In this document: positions 23,419-37,865 of the stretch, one piece after another
Numbering within the stretch: the stretch's first letter is position 1
Layout: every line of letters begins with the position of its first letter
DNA from: Octopus sinensis
Lineage: Eukaryota
DNA: 64,000 nt
Direction: 5' to 3'
Assembly: GCF_006345805.1 (NCBI RefSeq)
Contig: NC_042999.1
Coordinates: 145,886,001-145,950,000 of the forward strand
The notes under the pieces: model-generated
What the model was told of the DNA's origin: nothing
What the model saw: the letters and a program-made list of their open reading frames with translations, nothing else
Databases searched by the model: none
Made by a program: the position numbers and the translations under genes

Positions 23419-23420
<2 letters not shown>
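22611..23420 (-). mobile_element. R4/Dong-like retrotransposon, 5'-truncated (family A)
   Basis: WLRSSGLKAETEGFLIAAQDQ, CCHC finger CRICG..ETINHFISGC, RHDRV, and the RLE motif PDIVV..IDVSIP..KYKDL. (TAA)n tracts on both sides. Confidence 0.92.
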
Positions 23421-23486
<66 letters not shown>

Positions 23487-23487
<1 letters not shown>

Positions 23488-26400
23488 TTTTTGTTCTTCT
23501 TTCAAATTTGCTTCCATTTCTTGCCGAGTGTCTTCCCGACTCCTAGGGCAAAGAAACTCATAGTATACATTGGTAGGCCATTAAATAAAACTCAATAGTT
23601 CGTTCATTTTTTTTTTAAGTTAAATTAAAATACATGAGCAGCAACAGTTCTCACATCGACAATGCTCTTCTCAATACGTGTGATGTACCAGTTAAGACAA
23701 TCTTTTGTACTTCTTGCAGGGATGGTAAGCCAGGGATCATTCTCATATAATTTTCGGTTCCCTTCTTGATCATTCCTAGTGCTCCTACGATCACTGGTAT
23801 TGTAACTGCCTTGAGATGCCCATTTTCTCAATTTCAATGAGTAGGTCTTTATATTTTCTGAGCTTGTCAAACTCTTTCGCTGAGATATTATGATCACAGG
23901 GGATGCTCATGTCGATCAATAAGCAAACTTTATTGTTTTGGTCTTTCACAACAATATCTGGTTTATTGGCCTTGATGGTTCGGTCTGTATGTACTGGAAA
24001 GTCCCACAGAATGGTTACATTTTCTCCTTCAGTTACAGCCTCAGGGTGGTGATTATACCACTTGTCGGCAGTTTTGATATTGTAATGCCGGCTTATTAGC
24101 CAGTGTAGATATTGGCCAACTCTGTCATGTCTTAATTTATACTCCACTGGTGCTAAGACTTTACATCCAGAGATTAGGTGGTCCACTGTTTCAATCATGT
24201 CGTTGCAGAATCGGCATTTTGGGTCTGCTCCATTTTTCATCACATTGGCCTGGTAGTTCCGGGTTAATAGGCTTTGATCTTGAGCAGCCAGGATGAAACC
24301 TTCACTCTCTGCTTTTAGCCCTGAGCTCCGTAGCCACTGATGGGTTTGCTTCTGGTCAATATCAGCTAGTTTGCTGCGGGCCACATATTTGCCGTGCAGA
24401 GGTTTCTCCTCCCATCTATCAGCCAATTGCTCGTGCGCTTTTTTCGTTGCCATTATTTTCACCTTCCTTGCAACAATAGTTGCCGTACTTCCCTCGGGTT
24501 GTTCAGTTTGGGTATCCTGCGCGAGATCAATAGCAAATTTTTTGCTTTCCTTTATGATAGAATGAAGCTTCTTTCGTCTCTCGTGATTTTCCACGAGCTT
24601 TAGCATCCAGTCATTCGTTATTTCGAGATATTTAGCCAGTCCAATTGTGGTTGTTTTGTAAGCTAGTTCAAATTGGATCAGGCCTCGACCTCCCTGGGCT
24701 CTGGGATGGTAAAGGCGATCTACGTCTGCCTTTGGGTGGTGCATCCAAATTACAACTCAGCAGCTTGCGTATTTTCCTATCTATATTCTTTACTTCACTC
24801 ATATTCCAGTTCAACACATTGTAGCTATAAGTAACAACTGGAACTGGTAAGGAATTTATAGCTAACACCTTGTTACGTGCATTTAGTTCAGATTTCAGGA
24901 CTGCACGAACTCTCCTATAACATTTCTTCCTGATCTTCTCTTTCATGCTTGCATGCTGAATACCAGAGCCTTCATTTATCCCTAAATATTTGTTCTTGCT
25001 CAAGCTCTCTTATGACTGTGTCAACATCTAGCACGACTGAATTTGTGGTCTTCACTTTCCCTTTCTGGAAAGTGGCCTTGGCACACTTCTCAAGTCCAAA
25101 CTCCATCCCGATGTCATCGCTGAATGCTTTCACAGTGCGCAATAGGCCTTCAAGTTCATTATTGTCTTTACCATAAAGTTTTAAGTCATCCATATAAAAT
25201 AGTTGGCTTATTTTTTTATTGGCAATTTTATACCCATACCCTGTTCTGTTTAATTCACTTGTAAGGGGTATTAGGGCTATGCAGAATATTAAAGGTGAAA
25301 GTGAGTCACCTTGAAAAATTCCTCAGTTGATGTTTATATTTTCAGAGGCAAGTACTCCATTAGAGTGGTATAATTGGAGATTCGTATTCCACAACGACAT
25401 ATTGTGCTTCAGGAAGTTTGAAATCACAGGGGAAATTTTGAAGATGTCCAGCGATCTCAAATCCATGGATGCGGTATACTGTCGAAGGCCTTTTTATAGT
25501 CAATCCATGCGGAGCTAAGATTTCTGCGCTTGTTGTGATAGTTCTCGAGGATCATACGATTAAGTAGCAGTTGATCTTTGCATCCGTAAGAGCCTCGGCG
25601 GCACCCTTTTTGTTCAATGGGGAAAATATCGTTCTTCTCCATGAATGCATATGTTTTCTCCGCCAGGATAGATGTTAGGATTTTATACGTGGTGGATAGA
25701 CAGGTTATAGGCCGATAGTTTTTTGGAAGGTTGGTTTCGTTATTCTTTGGGAGTAGGTAAGTAATACCACGTGCTAACCATTCAGGTGTTTTCTTTGGGT
25801 CTCTCATAATTCCATTGAGCAGCTGAACTAGCTTACCGTGTGCGCATGGGAGAGATGCGAGCCAGAAATTCGGCACCCTGTCTTTACCGGGGGATTTCCA
25901 ATTATGGGCCTTCGTGAGTGCCTTTCTTAGGTCTGCTATTGTGATGTCTTCCCATGCTTGTTGTTGTAAATTTTGATAGGATCCTTCAGTTTGTATAATC
26001 CAGTCTGCATTTATGTTGTACGTCTTCTTGTCACTCCAAATCCTTTTCCAAAGTTTTGAACTTCTTCCATGGTTACTTTAACGGTTTACTTTCTCCTTCC
26101 CTATTTCTCTGTAGAATTTTTTGGCATTGGATGTAAACAGCTTATTTTGCTTGTAAAACTTGTTTCTCTTCTCAAATCTTCGTATTCTTTGGGCTTTTGC
26201 TTGGACTTTTTGTTTCAGCGTTTCTTTTATTGATATCAGTTCTTCTCTTGGTGAGGATCCAAATTTTCTCTTCATCTTTCTTCCTGTTCTGGATCTTACA
26301 TCATTTCCACATATTAGTTCATTTAATATTGATATTTCCCCTCTCATAAATTCAATCTCTTTTTCAATTTTACTTCTCCAGGTTTGATTTCTTCCCAGGT

Positions 26401-27395
26401 TTTGTTTTCTTTGTTTTTTCGGGGGCATACAGCTGGTTTCAATTGCCCTAGCAGCAGCGTAAATAATTTCATTTAACTCAGTAAAATCAGGTTTTAATTC
26501 TTGTATTATTTCATTTGTTACATAGTTGCCAATTTGGATTTGTTTTTTATTTTGGTTTGTATTTGAGAGTTTATGAAGTGGTTCTCTATCATTCATACTT
26601 GTATGTCTTACAACTTCAAGCGTATTCAGGATTTTCTGCCTCATTTCTGCCATAGACTCTCTGTGTTCTTCAGCAAATGCGAGTACTTCAGTTACTGTTG
26701 TTTTATCGTTTCCTGGCTATCTTTAACATGAACAATAGAATTTCTTGTATCTTCAGGCCTTTGCGTACTTTGGTCAGATGGCAGGCTTTCAATTAAGCCT
26801 CGTGGCGGGCTATACTGTTCATCTGATTCTTCGTTTCCTTTGTGTCTTATATTTATGTCATTTTCCGTTGCGTGCTTGATCGCGCTTATTTCACTGTCTG
26901 TGAGTCTGTTATTTCTAAGGATATCCCTCCTCACATTTGCTAATTTGTTCTCGTCCAAATAGGGCCTACTGTCTTGATTCTGTGTTCTCCATATACTGTA
27001 AGAGTTTGCGGTGTGTCTCTCTTGAGATGGCCTACCTAATGCATAGTAATAAGCGTATATTACTTCTTTATACTCTTCTCGGGTCCATTTGTTCCGCTTA
27101 CATTTTTCTTTCTGTGGTGGTTTTGGTGGTGAACTTGGAGGGCTCGAGTTGGGGGATTTCCCGTTCAAGTGACCATCCATGTCCGTATTTGGAGAAGAGT
27201 TTGTGCCAGTTGATGACTTTTCGATCCCAGGCTGGCTCTTCCCTGGGGGACGCGCTTCCAGATTAACCATAGGACAAGCGATTTGGTAAACTGATTTAGT
27301 TTTCCTTTTAGTTTCCAAAAACATTTTGGTGCTACGATAATGTTATCATTTTTGAGTTTTGATTGGCTCGTGGGGAGACGGCCATCATTGCCGTT
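23487..27395 (-). mobile_element. Near full-length R4/Dong-clade non-LTR retrotransposon (RT plus restriction-like endonuclease), several frameshifts
   Basis: ORF from 27324 to ~23655. Motifs NYRPITCL, EQKGC, WIDYKKAFDS, GIFQGDSLSP, YMDDLKLY, KYLG, HPKADVDRLY..GGRGL, CRFC..ETVDHLISGC and KPDIVV. The 3' UTR ends in (TAA)n. Confidence 0.95.
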
Positions 27396-27897
27396 ACAAT
27401 TATAATCGTACCATTATAGCAGCCGTAGTCGGCTTATTATTGTTATTATCATCACCATTATTATCACTATCATCATTATCACCACCTTTACTGTCATCAT
27501 TATCATCATCACCATCACCATCACCACCATCATCATCAATGATATTGTTTTATGTGTAGTCACAACAGTATCTTATTATTGTTATTTTTGTTTTTATCAT
27601 TATCACCATCACAGTAGTGTCTGTCTGTCTCGTTGGCTGGCTTGGTGGTTGGCTGGCTGACTGTCTTCAACGCCAGAGTTCTAGCCTGTCAAATAATACT
27701 TTCATATTTGGTTAACAATAGAGCCGAGGTGAGGTTTGTGTTGGTTGAACTCTTTGAGTGTGTGTGTATGTGTAGATAGATAGATAGATTATCAGCACTA
27801 TTACTATCATTATTATCATCATCACCATCATCACCATCACCATCTTTTTTTTTTTAGGCGGGGTCCTATCGGTCAAAAAAAGTTCAAATGTTTACTA

Positions 27898-28085
27898 CTA
27901 TTTGAGAGTTTATGAAGTGGTTCTCTATCATTCATACTTGTATGTCTTACAACTTCAAGCGTATTCAGGATTTTCTGCCTCATTTCTGCCATAGACTCTC
28001 TGTGTTCTTCAGCAAATGCGAGATCTTCAGGTACTGTTGTTTTATCGTTTTCCTGGCTATCTTTAACAGGAACAATAGAATTTCT
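27898..28085 (-). mobile_element. Internal fragment of the same R4/Dong family (matches 26560-26745)
   Basis: Near-identical direct repeat of ~185 bp. Confidence 0.9.
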
Positions 28086-28089
28086 TAAG

Positions 28090-28700
28090 AAAAATTAAGG
28101 AAGGGCTGTTCTGTATTGTTTGTGAATAGAGAAGTTGTGTTCGACCAGAGAGAATCTTAGCATCATTATTTTTTTTTCCATGTGCGTTTGTGTTAATGCA
28201 ATAAAAAGTGTTTGTATATTTCGTGTAAGGTAATATTGTGGAGGTTGAAGTTGACTTTTCTAGAGATGTTTGTATGTCCAGTTAGAAGAACAGGTGTGTT
28301 TTTGCAATAAAAAGTATATATTTACATTTATATTTGAATATTCTGGGAGGAAGCAAAGAAAAGTAAGATTTTCATAGAGAGTTTTAGGGTTTTGTAAGTC
28401 CACAAAAAGAAAAGCGTGATGTTTTTAGAGAGAAGAAAAAAAAAGGGGTGTTTACAGAGGCAGTTGTGGGTATTAAAGTTTTTAAAGCTGATCGGATGTA
28501 TGTTTGAAAGCTGTAGATATGTAAATTTGTAAATTTCTTAACTTATTTTGAAGAGAATTTTAAATACTCACGAGGTTTTGTAGATGTTCCAGTCTTTGAG
28601 AGTTATTTTTCCCCGTTGCTAAACTGGGTCATATTAGTGTTTCTATGGCTTTCGGCTACTGAATTGTCAGAGCAGTAAGTAATACGTCCAGCCGCTGTCA
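28090..28700 (-). mobile_element. Highly degenerate Penelope-like RT remnant
   Basis: Minus-strand FCGLTKP (cf. FYGLPK) and LVEHNFS (cf. LENNYF) fragments. Confidence 0.35.
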
Positions 28701-28714
28701 AGGCTGGTGCTCCT

Positions 28715-28925
<211 letters not shown>

Positions 28926-29524
28926 ATTGAATGAGAGAGCTACGCATGCCATCAAAATGACACTGGGGTACAAATATACGAAGCCCAATATACTCAACAT
29001 GACTAACCGTCCGAAAAGAGTACATCGGGTATATGCATCACGACCACATGTACGCGACATGGTGATCTCATAACAAGATGAACAACACAAGATCTTGCAG
29101 GTGGGGCCCAGTTACAATTTTCTTCAGGTCGAGTAGCCCATCCTGCTGAAAAGGTCCCTGGATAATGCTTGTTTTGAGGATGATGTACAAAACACCAATG
29201 TTTCCAGGGGTGAATTCTTTAAACCCCAAATAATTCCTCTCAACACATGGAAATGATGCTCGTCCACTACTGCTCGTGATCAGAAATGAACATATCGTCA
29301 ACCATTAAGTGACATACTCAACTGTTTAAATTCAAACAATTCACAAGCAAATCTATGGTATTTAGCAGAATATTTGCTGTAGCCCGTCTTTTATACCAAA
29401 ACAAAGCAATGTACATGATAACATTTCCAATCAGTTAAAATCTGAAGCCATGAGAACCATTGCCTGGTACTGCATCGGGGCATTTATTATTATTATTACT
29501 ATTATTATTCTATGTTTGACTTTT

Positions 29525-30686
29525 GCTTTATGTCTGTACAAGTTGGCTCCAAGTCTCACCCAGAGACCTCAAGAGACAACAGGTTGGAAGTTCTGTGCCA
29601 TATATTTGGGGGGGGGGGGGTGTTGTACTAGTGAATGTCTAATACATAAAAATAAAATTTAAAAAAAATAATAAAATAAAATAAATAAATAAAAAAAGTT
29701 TGTTTTAAACCTTGGGATTACATAGAGAGTATTTTGCGTAGGATATGAGCAGTTCCCATGAGCACTATCTTTTGAATTTCTGCCATTTTGGGGTTTCCTG
29801 GTATCTGAGTTAGGTAGCAATTAGTCCCTTTCGCTATCATTCCCAGGGCACCTATGACAACAGGTATTGTTTTAGTCTTCAGCTTCCACATTTTGCTGAT
29901 TTCTATTTCAAGATCTTTATATTTGCTCAGTTTTTGGTAGGTCTTGACAGATACGTTTATATCGATTGGGACAGTCATATCAATGAGGAGGCATGTTCTT
30001 TGTCTGAAGTCTTTCAATATCATGTCTGGCCTATTTGCATCTATCTTCCTGTCAGTTTGAATGGTGAAGTTGCAGAGGAGTGAGATGTGGTCATTTTCAA
30101 GCACTGGAGGTGGATTGTGTTCCCACCAGTTTTTTTCATGGGGCAAATCCAGGTTTTTGCAAATTACCCAGTGAATATATTGTGCAGCTCTATCATGCCT
30201 CTTGAGGTACTCTGTAGGCGCTAGAAGACTGCATTTGGAGACAACATGATCAATGGTTTCATTTTGTTGTCGGCATACACGACATGTTGGGCTACTGCCG
30301 TTCTTTAATATGTTGGCCTGGTAGTTTCTTGTTGGTAGGCATTGATCTTGAGCTGCTATGATAAACCCCTTCTGTTTCAGATTTTAAGCCAGAGGCCATT
30401 AGCCATTGATGGGTCAGGGCTTTGTCAATATCTGCATTATTCGCTCTCTTTGGGTATTTGCCATAGAGAGGTTTTTCTTGTCATTTATTATTCAGAATAT
30501 CTAAGGCCGCAGTTTTGGCACGGGTTTTCATGCGCTTAGCCTTTTCGACGCTTGTTTCTTGTATGTCTATCTCTAATTCCGAAATTGGTTGTATTCGGAA
30601 TTCACTTAGATATTCCTTTGCCTGTTTTGTGACTGAGTATGATGCTTTCTTGTTTTCATGTTTTGAGACAAGTTTTAACATCCAGT
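29525..30686 (-). mobile_element. R4/Dong-like retrotransposon, 5'-truncated (family C)
   Basis: CRVCRQQNETIDHVVSKCSLLAPTEYLKRHDRA, RPDMILKD, KYKDLEIE and GTAHILRKILSM. (TAA)n-rich flanks. Confidence 0.9.
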
Positions 30687-30709
30687 CCTCTTATTATTAT
30701 TATTATTAC

Positions 30710-30982
30710 TCAGTAGTTTTATTTTTATAGCGTGCTTTCACTTCACTATCGAGCGCAGCTCTGTGTGGTTTGGGTATATGCTGTGGCTTGCTGTGATGCT
30801 CTTATGGTTACTGTATTGAAAGTGTTTTGCGTAGGATGTGTGCAGTGCCCTGTTGTGCAATTTTCTGTATATTGTATATATTTGTAAATTCTGTTGTTTT
30901 TGTTAGGTGTTTGTCTGAATATTTTTTTATCATACCTAATGCGCCTACTATGACAGGAATTGTTTCTGTTTTTAGATTCCAC
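30710..30982 (-). mobile_element. R4/Dong family A 3' end, second copy
   Basis: Matches 22611-22880 (CAGTAGTTTTATTTTTATAGCGTGCTTTCACTTCACTA...), adjacent to (TAA)n. Confidence 0.9.
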
Positions 30983-31049
30983 ATACAAACAAGAAATCAT
31001 ACTACCTAACAAATAATAATAAGAAGAAGATGAAACAACAAAAGATCTC

Positions 31050-31330
31050 AGATGACCCTCATTTCTACATGTATAGCAGTTAAGCATTCTCTTCCACACC
31101 ACCAGTGCCATGACCGCTTCTTCACCGCTGACGGACACAAAATCGAAATACTCCTGTAGTCTTTCGAGTGAGAATCAACATATTTTCCCTTTCCATCAAA
31201 ATCTCATCCAATCTACATGTCATTCCTAGTTACCTCAATGCTCCTACCTCTCCAGGCTGTGCTGCAAAGCTGACGACGAACCAAGTGTCAACTTCATTGC
31301 CAACAACCTTCATCGTGGCTCTTGAATTTT
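31050..31330 (+). mobile_element. Possible degenerate LINE AP-endonuclease fragment
   Basis: NAPTS...ADDEP resembles YAPT..ADDEE. Otherwise decayed. Confidence 0.3.
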
Positions 31331-31999
31331 GTCGCTTCATATATTGACACTAGTGTGTGGGCACCAGTACACAGCACAGCAGTGTGCATGGTACCAGTGT
31401 ATGACGCACCAGTTCGGTTTGCATCTTAGCTCCGCCCTCAAACTTAAAATCTGAGCATCTTGTCCATTTAGTAATATTTGAAGGTGCATAACATTAGCAA
31501 AAAGAGAGGTTATTGTCAATGCGATGCAGTCGTTGCTCTTTTTACGCGTATAATTATAGATTTTTTTCCAGTAGGTGAAGGCTTCCCTCTCCTAACACTG
31601 CCAAGCGGGGAATTTTGAGAAATTATCCATAATTAATTAGCTCGAATTCCACCATAAGTGAGAACTCAGACTTTCTTCATGTACACCCACAATCGCTCCT
31701 TGATTATTGTCGCATAAACCTTCAGTTAACCTTGTACAGTATATTAAGTTTGACGCTCCACCGATCGCATTGTTCACCTAGTGGAATGCATGAAAATATA
31801 ATTGCAAGTCAATAGGAGAAAAGTCTAAGAGAAAAAAGTAATAAATTAGGAAACGTTGATTATGACTAGAATCTAAAGATTAAAATCGTTAATAGATTTC
31901 AAATCGATAGAGAATCTTTTTGCTGTATAATGAAAGATCACTATGATAAAAATGTCGATGTTTTTGAAAGAAGTCGTTAACTATTATAGACATACTGAC

Positions 32000-34600
32000 A
32001 ACAGATGTGAACACCAATATTCTTAGGGTATGTTAAGTAATTTGCTTAATACATGATGGTAGCAGCCGTCGTGAAGGCCTGTGCCTCCTTAATATTTCTT
32101 GTTCAAGCTAACACACAAGCAAACATAAGAAACAAGAGAGTAAGACATAGGAGAAAGGAAAATATTGCAATACGTTAATGAGTTTGGGAATGAAAAAGCA
32201 AATATGAAAAAGGAAACAGAAACAAACATTACAGAAATACAATATAGATGAGCAAAGGAAAATAAAAACAAGAGTGGAAGCTCGTTTGATATGAAAGGTC
32301 GTTGTTAAATCGCAAACGCTCGATCGTTATGGAGGCTGGTAGCACTTCTTTAAATAAAACAATCCACTCATCTCCAAACAAATCAGGATTTTACAAACCT
32401 TGCATTGACAAAAATCAATTTGGAAGCCAACATCAAGGAAAGTGGGATATATGTGGTTGGTATAAGTACATCGGATTGCTCAAAGAGTAGATGTTAAAAA
32501 CAAGCGTAGAGCAAATAAAAAATGAAAGAGAAGCTCAGAGGCAAGAAAAAAAAACAAAGAAATAGCTTTAAAACGGTTAAGTATCAAACAAGTGCATTAG
32601 TCATGAATGATACCCGAATGATTCGCCGAGAAAAATACATTTTTCTTTGTAACTGGCTAAAACATTAAACAACTAAATTTTAGAAGCATAATCATCCTGG
32701 TTGCCTCACACACCCTAAGCTTGGGCAGTAATGGTCTTTCAAACGATAAATACCTAAGAAGAGAAAATATAATTCCAGAAGAAAAAAAAATCTTTTCTGG
32801 AATGTTGAAAATGTTGGTAGAAATGTAAAGATCAGCTACAGATCAATCAAGTTATATGTAACTAAAGCCTGTCGTGTGAAAGATAAAGGTTTGAATACGG
32901 AATAAATTTGGAGTCTGAAAACATGAACCAGGAAAAAGAGTAAGACGAAACAGGTTCATCAAACATAAGTGAACTGAAAACAGTTGTACAGCTCCAAATG
33001 GATTGGGAAAATGGAACTACCCTTCATTGTAAATGAATACTCCGAGGAATATAATCTGGGTGCAAATGCTCTGAGATGACAATCTCCCATCTTCTATATA
33101 TATGGATGGCATTAAATTTTACATTGCAGATAATAAGCAACCGAGAAAAGACTGTTATATACAGAATACGGACGGGCTGTTAAGGAATTGGCATGGAATT
33201 TACTTTGAATGTGCCAAGTCAATAATGAAGAGAGGGAAATTAATGAAAAGCATTAATATCATGTTAGAATAAAACAAACACAGATTACTGATACTTAGAA
33301 ATTAATAGACCACACATTGAAGAAGAATGAACGAAAGGTTTAGGAAAAGTTATAATTAGACGTTTTCGGTAAATGATTAAAAACTGAGCTAAATGCCAAA
33401 ATTAAGGTAATATATAATATTACCGCATCTGTTCCGGTGATAATCTACAGTTATATCATTCATCAATGGAAATTAAATGAATAAGATCTTGACTAGAAAG
33501 CACGGAAAACAATCCAGTTCAAACAGGTCATAAAAAAACTTACAAATCGAGATAATTTTGACCAGAAAGTAGGATCTTCTGCAAAACTTATATAAAAGTT
33601 TCTGAAAAACTGATATAAAATATTAACTGAATACCTTCTTTCTTTTACCCGTTTCATGCATTTGACTGCGGCCATGCTGGAGAACCGCCTTTAGTCGAAG
33701 AAATCGATCCCAGGTCTCTTTGTCGAACCGCTAGGTTTCTGGGATATAAACACACCAACATCGGTTGTCAAGCGATGGCAGGAGGACAAACACAAACACA
33801 CATAAATATGTATACATATATATACCTGACGGGCTTCTTTCAGTTTCCGTCTACCAAATCCACTCACAAAGCTTTGGCCGGTCCGAGGATATAGTAGAAG
33901 ACACTTGCCCAAGGTGTCACGCAGTGGGAATGAACCCAGAACCATGTGGTTGGGAAGCAAGCTTCTTACCATACAGCTACGCCTGCGCCTATTTGCACAG
34001 CCACACCTGCACCTATATGCTATGAAAATATCTAGTAAAAAATTGATGGAACAATTCAAAGTATCTACAAAACATTAAAAAACCGGTTTTCTGCTCAGCA
34101 AATATAAAACAAGTTGATATAACACTATGACTGAGGTAGAGAAATAACATCAGAAATCCTAGTAAACGCAAAACTTGATTGAACATGGAATAACAAAAGG
34201 ACATGCCAAGATATCACTACATAACATGCAAAAGACGCCTCCACGTGGACGATACTTACAACGTTTGATAAAAGCGGAATAAAAACAAAGCTGAGTGCTG
34301 GATGATAGGTTCCGATTTCATAGCTAAAGCTAAAGGGCTTTTCAGTGGTTCAATATCAGATCGTTTGCACTCGGAATTACCAAACATGTTATGAAATGAA
34401 ATACAGAATACGTAGAGGTTGTGCAGAAACAACCAATCGCGTCAGTTCTGGCTACTCAGTTTCAACCAAAATTGAGTATATAAACCTAAATGATAAGGTT
34501 GGAAACTATACTAGAATTAGGGAATGTTCACAGAAAAACAACTATAGTGATATATACGATAAAGCATCTTAGAGAATGACATACTCGCTAATTTCAGAGA
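32000..34600 (+). mobile_element. Old, heavily decayed R4/Dong-like element interrupted by later insertions
   Basis: Fragments ISHLL/YMD.IK, GMEF, KTELNAK, VPVIIYSY, HGRY and QIVCTRNY. Confidence 0.55.
33630..33990 (-). mobile_element. SINE family A copy
   Basis: Co-linear with 15078-15508. Confidence 0.85.
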
Positions 34601-35544
34601 TATGCCGTTTCATATCGAGATATTAAGGAACATCGTGCTATTATTCTCAAAATCTATCTGAAAGAAATGTCGCTTAATTGATGTATCAAGTTCATTGATG
34701 CAAAACTCAGTGAAACTATCCAAATTAAGAAAAAGCATGAACATATAGATATTAAGATGTTAGATTTTGAAACTACGAACAATTAGTATTACAGCGTGTT
34801 TTGGCAATACTGAAAAGCTGCACACTCGAAATATATATACAAAAATTCAGAATTTAATGACCTACTTGCTTTTTCTTTTAACAAGTCTCAGTCACATGCA
34901 GAAGATACCCTACTACAATCCTCCGTGACTGTTTGCACATAGACTTCAGATGGAACCTTGAAACAAAGGAGCCATTTCGCTCTCGCTTGACCTGCTATAA
35001 TAGTAATAATATCTCAGTCAAATTTCTGCTTTTAAGTTTGCAACAAAAGGAAGAATACATAAATACTATCTTAAATGCACTGTCTAGATGGAAAACAGGA
35101 TGGCTTCTCCATAAACAACATTTATCGGTTGGCTTTACGGACTTATCTCAATTTGTCTGCAGTAAAATAAATTTGATTATTGATGAATTTGTTTAAAAAA
35201 ACTTGGCCAATACTTCAAACAACCTATTATTAATGGTTTGGAAGAAAATAAAAAACAATTAGTACTTCGATATCGATAGTTTTTCACTACACCGAGCTGT
35301 GGAGTAAAAGAGATAGTTCACGGAAAGTAAGAACTGTTATGTGGTTTCAGTTTTATATGGTTTCAGTATTAACTGCCATCGGTAAAAGAATGAACATCAC
35401 AAATTCCAGTTTAGCCTCCCCTTCAAAACACATGGCTTTTGTACCCAGCGGGTAAAGCGCAGTTAACTGACTCGATTTTAGTTTGTGGAAACTTGCTCCG
35501 GGGCGAGCGCACAACAGGAGAAATCTTCAGAGGAAGAACTTCTT

Positions 35545-35774
35545 ATTTCTTTACTGCCCACAAGGGGCTACACACAGAGGGGACAAACAAGAACAAAGAA
35601 ACGGATTAAGTCGATTATATCGAACACAGTGCGTACCTGGTACTTATTTAATCGATCCTGAAAAGATGAAAGGCAAAGTTGACCTCGGCGGAATTTGAAC
35701 TCAGAACGTAGCGGCAGACGAAATACCGCTAAGTATTTCGCCCGACGTGCTAATGTTTCTGCCAGCTCGCCGCC
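35545..35774 (-). mobile_element. SINE family B monomer with 20-bp TSD
   Basis: TSD CTTCAGAGGAAGAACTTCTT at 35525-35544 and 35774-35793. Head GGCGGCGAGCTGGCAGAAAC..GAGTTCAAATTCC. Confidence 0.92.
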
Positions 35775-36399
35775 TTCAGAGGAAGAACTTCTTTCAAGCA
35801 AGTGTTTCTGCTTGTTAGTTTCCGATACACTAAGAAAACAGAGCCCACTTAGGCCATGACCTCTAGGTATCCTACTCTTTTCGAAATGCACATTTAGTGA
35901 TGATCGAACTCAGAGCCTTCAGATAATCTTATTTCCTTTGACTTTGGGTGTTTATCGCTTGGCCACAAAACCACCGAAAGAACTTCAAATTGGGTTTTCT
36001 TCTTACTGTTTTCTGTTTAGTGGCTCACAATATTCTTTTTCAGTTCAACTGTTGTTTCTTTATGTCCATAATTATATTGAACTCTTCTTAGCTGTCTCTG
36101 AGAGGCGTTCCGTCATCGCTGTTCTTTTGCGACATTTGATTCTGAGTTAACCTGCTAATTGACATATTGAAGTGTGACTAATCCCCGCGTGCCAACCTCC
36201 ACTGCCTCTATTGTGCAAAGTGCTCTTCCTTTGTTGGCTATTTCACAAGGTCATCATATTTTCTCATCTACGAATATGCTTTTGTTTTTGGTGATGTTGT
36301 TGTTGTTGTAGTTGCTGTTGCTAGGGTTGCTGCTGCTGCCGTTTTAATCGTTGTTCTTGTTGATATTGTTGTTGGTTTTGTTGCTGTTGTCTGCTTCTT

Positions 36400-36497
36400 C
36401 TCTTCTTCTTCTTCTTCTTCTTCTTCTTCTTCTTCTTCTTCTTCTTCTCCTTCTCCTCCTCCTCCTCCTTTTCTTCTTCTTCTTCTTCTTCTTCCTC
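36400..36497. repeat. (CTT)n/(CCT)n microsatellite
   Basis: Direct inspection. Confidence 0.95.
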
Positions 36498-36809
36498 CAA
36501 TCAGGACCCACGCCATTACCCACAAAGAATAATCTCTAATTCGAGCCTACCCTAAGCTACTAAGAATGCGTGTGGCAACTTGAAGATCCACCCACCATAC
36601 GCGATAGACTGACGGTTGCACGGGCTTTTAATGGGTGGAGAGCTGAACCATCCTGGGGTACTGAGGATTCGCAATCTAGACTAGAGTCAGAAAGTTTACC
36701 ACAGCATAGTTGGTTACACCATGGTTCCTCTGATTTGTGGCAGAAGTAGGAAGAAAGAGTGAGAGAAAGTTGTGGTGAAAGTGTACCGCTATTATTGGAC
36801 GTAAGAAGG

Positions 36810-37740
36810 TCAGGCTTGTGTAGGATGAAAGATTGCAAAGATAAAGCACTATACAAGAAATTGAAAGCGAATGATACTGAAAATAGGGAGTAAAGAAAAG
36901 AATGCATTGTCAATTTCATAGAGATGTTGAAGATAAGACAGACAGCAGACAGAGAAAAAAGATGGCTGTGGATGACTAAAATTGATTTAAAACCGGAAAC
37001 GGAGGCTCTAATCTGTGCTGTCCAAGAGCAAGCACTAAGAACAAACTACATAAAATACAGAATAGACAACACAGCAGAAATTGATAAGTACAGAATCTGT
37101 GGAAAGAACGGTGAAATCATATGGCATATTACCAGCCAATGTACGCCACTAGCCTAGAAGGAATATAAGAGATGCCATGACAATAAAGCCAGGTTTGTCC
37201 ATTGGACACTTTGAAATAAGTATGGACTTGACACAGCAAAGAGTTGGTACGACCACAAACCTGAAGGCATCGTCGAAAATAGAAATACAAAGATCCTATA
37301 GGATTTTATGATTCAGTGCGACCATGAGATAGAAAATAGGAAGCCGGACTTAGTCATAATTGAGAAAGAAGACAAACTATGCTGTATCATAGATATAGCA
37401 TGCCCAACTAACAACAAGGTATGCGATAAGGAAGAAAGAAATGTCGAGAGATATGACAGGTTAGCTTAGGAAGTTAAGCAGTTGTGCTCGATGAAAAAGG
37501 TAGCAGTACTACCAATAATTGTTGGAGCCCTGGGAACAATGAGAAAAATCTTCGAAAAGTACGTGGAACAAATAGGGGCTGCAATAAGGGTGGATCACTT
37601 GCAGAAAACAACACTGCTTGGAACCGCTCGAATACTCCGGATGGTGCTCGAAAAATAAGAGGTGTTACCTTAGTTCACTGGTAGTGAACAGCTGATACTG
37701 TAGTATCGCTCCAGCGTTAGAAGCTGTGCAAAGTCAATGA
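36810..37740 (+). mobile_element. R4/Dong-like retrotransposon, 5'-truncated (family D) with (AAT)n tail at 37740-37826
   Basis: LKPETEALICAVQEQALRTNY, RICGKNGE.IWHITSQC, KPDLVII, IDIACP, VPIIVGALG and LLGTARILRMVL. Confidence 0.9.
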
Positions 37741-37745
37741 TGATG

Positions 37746-37825
<80 letters not shown>

Positions 37826-37865
37826 CTTTTCTACTCTAGAGACAAGGCCCGAAATTTATACATAT

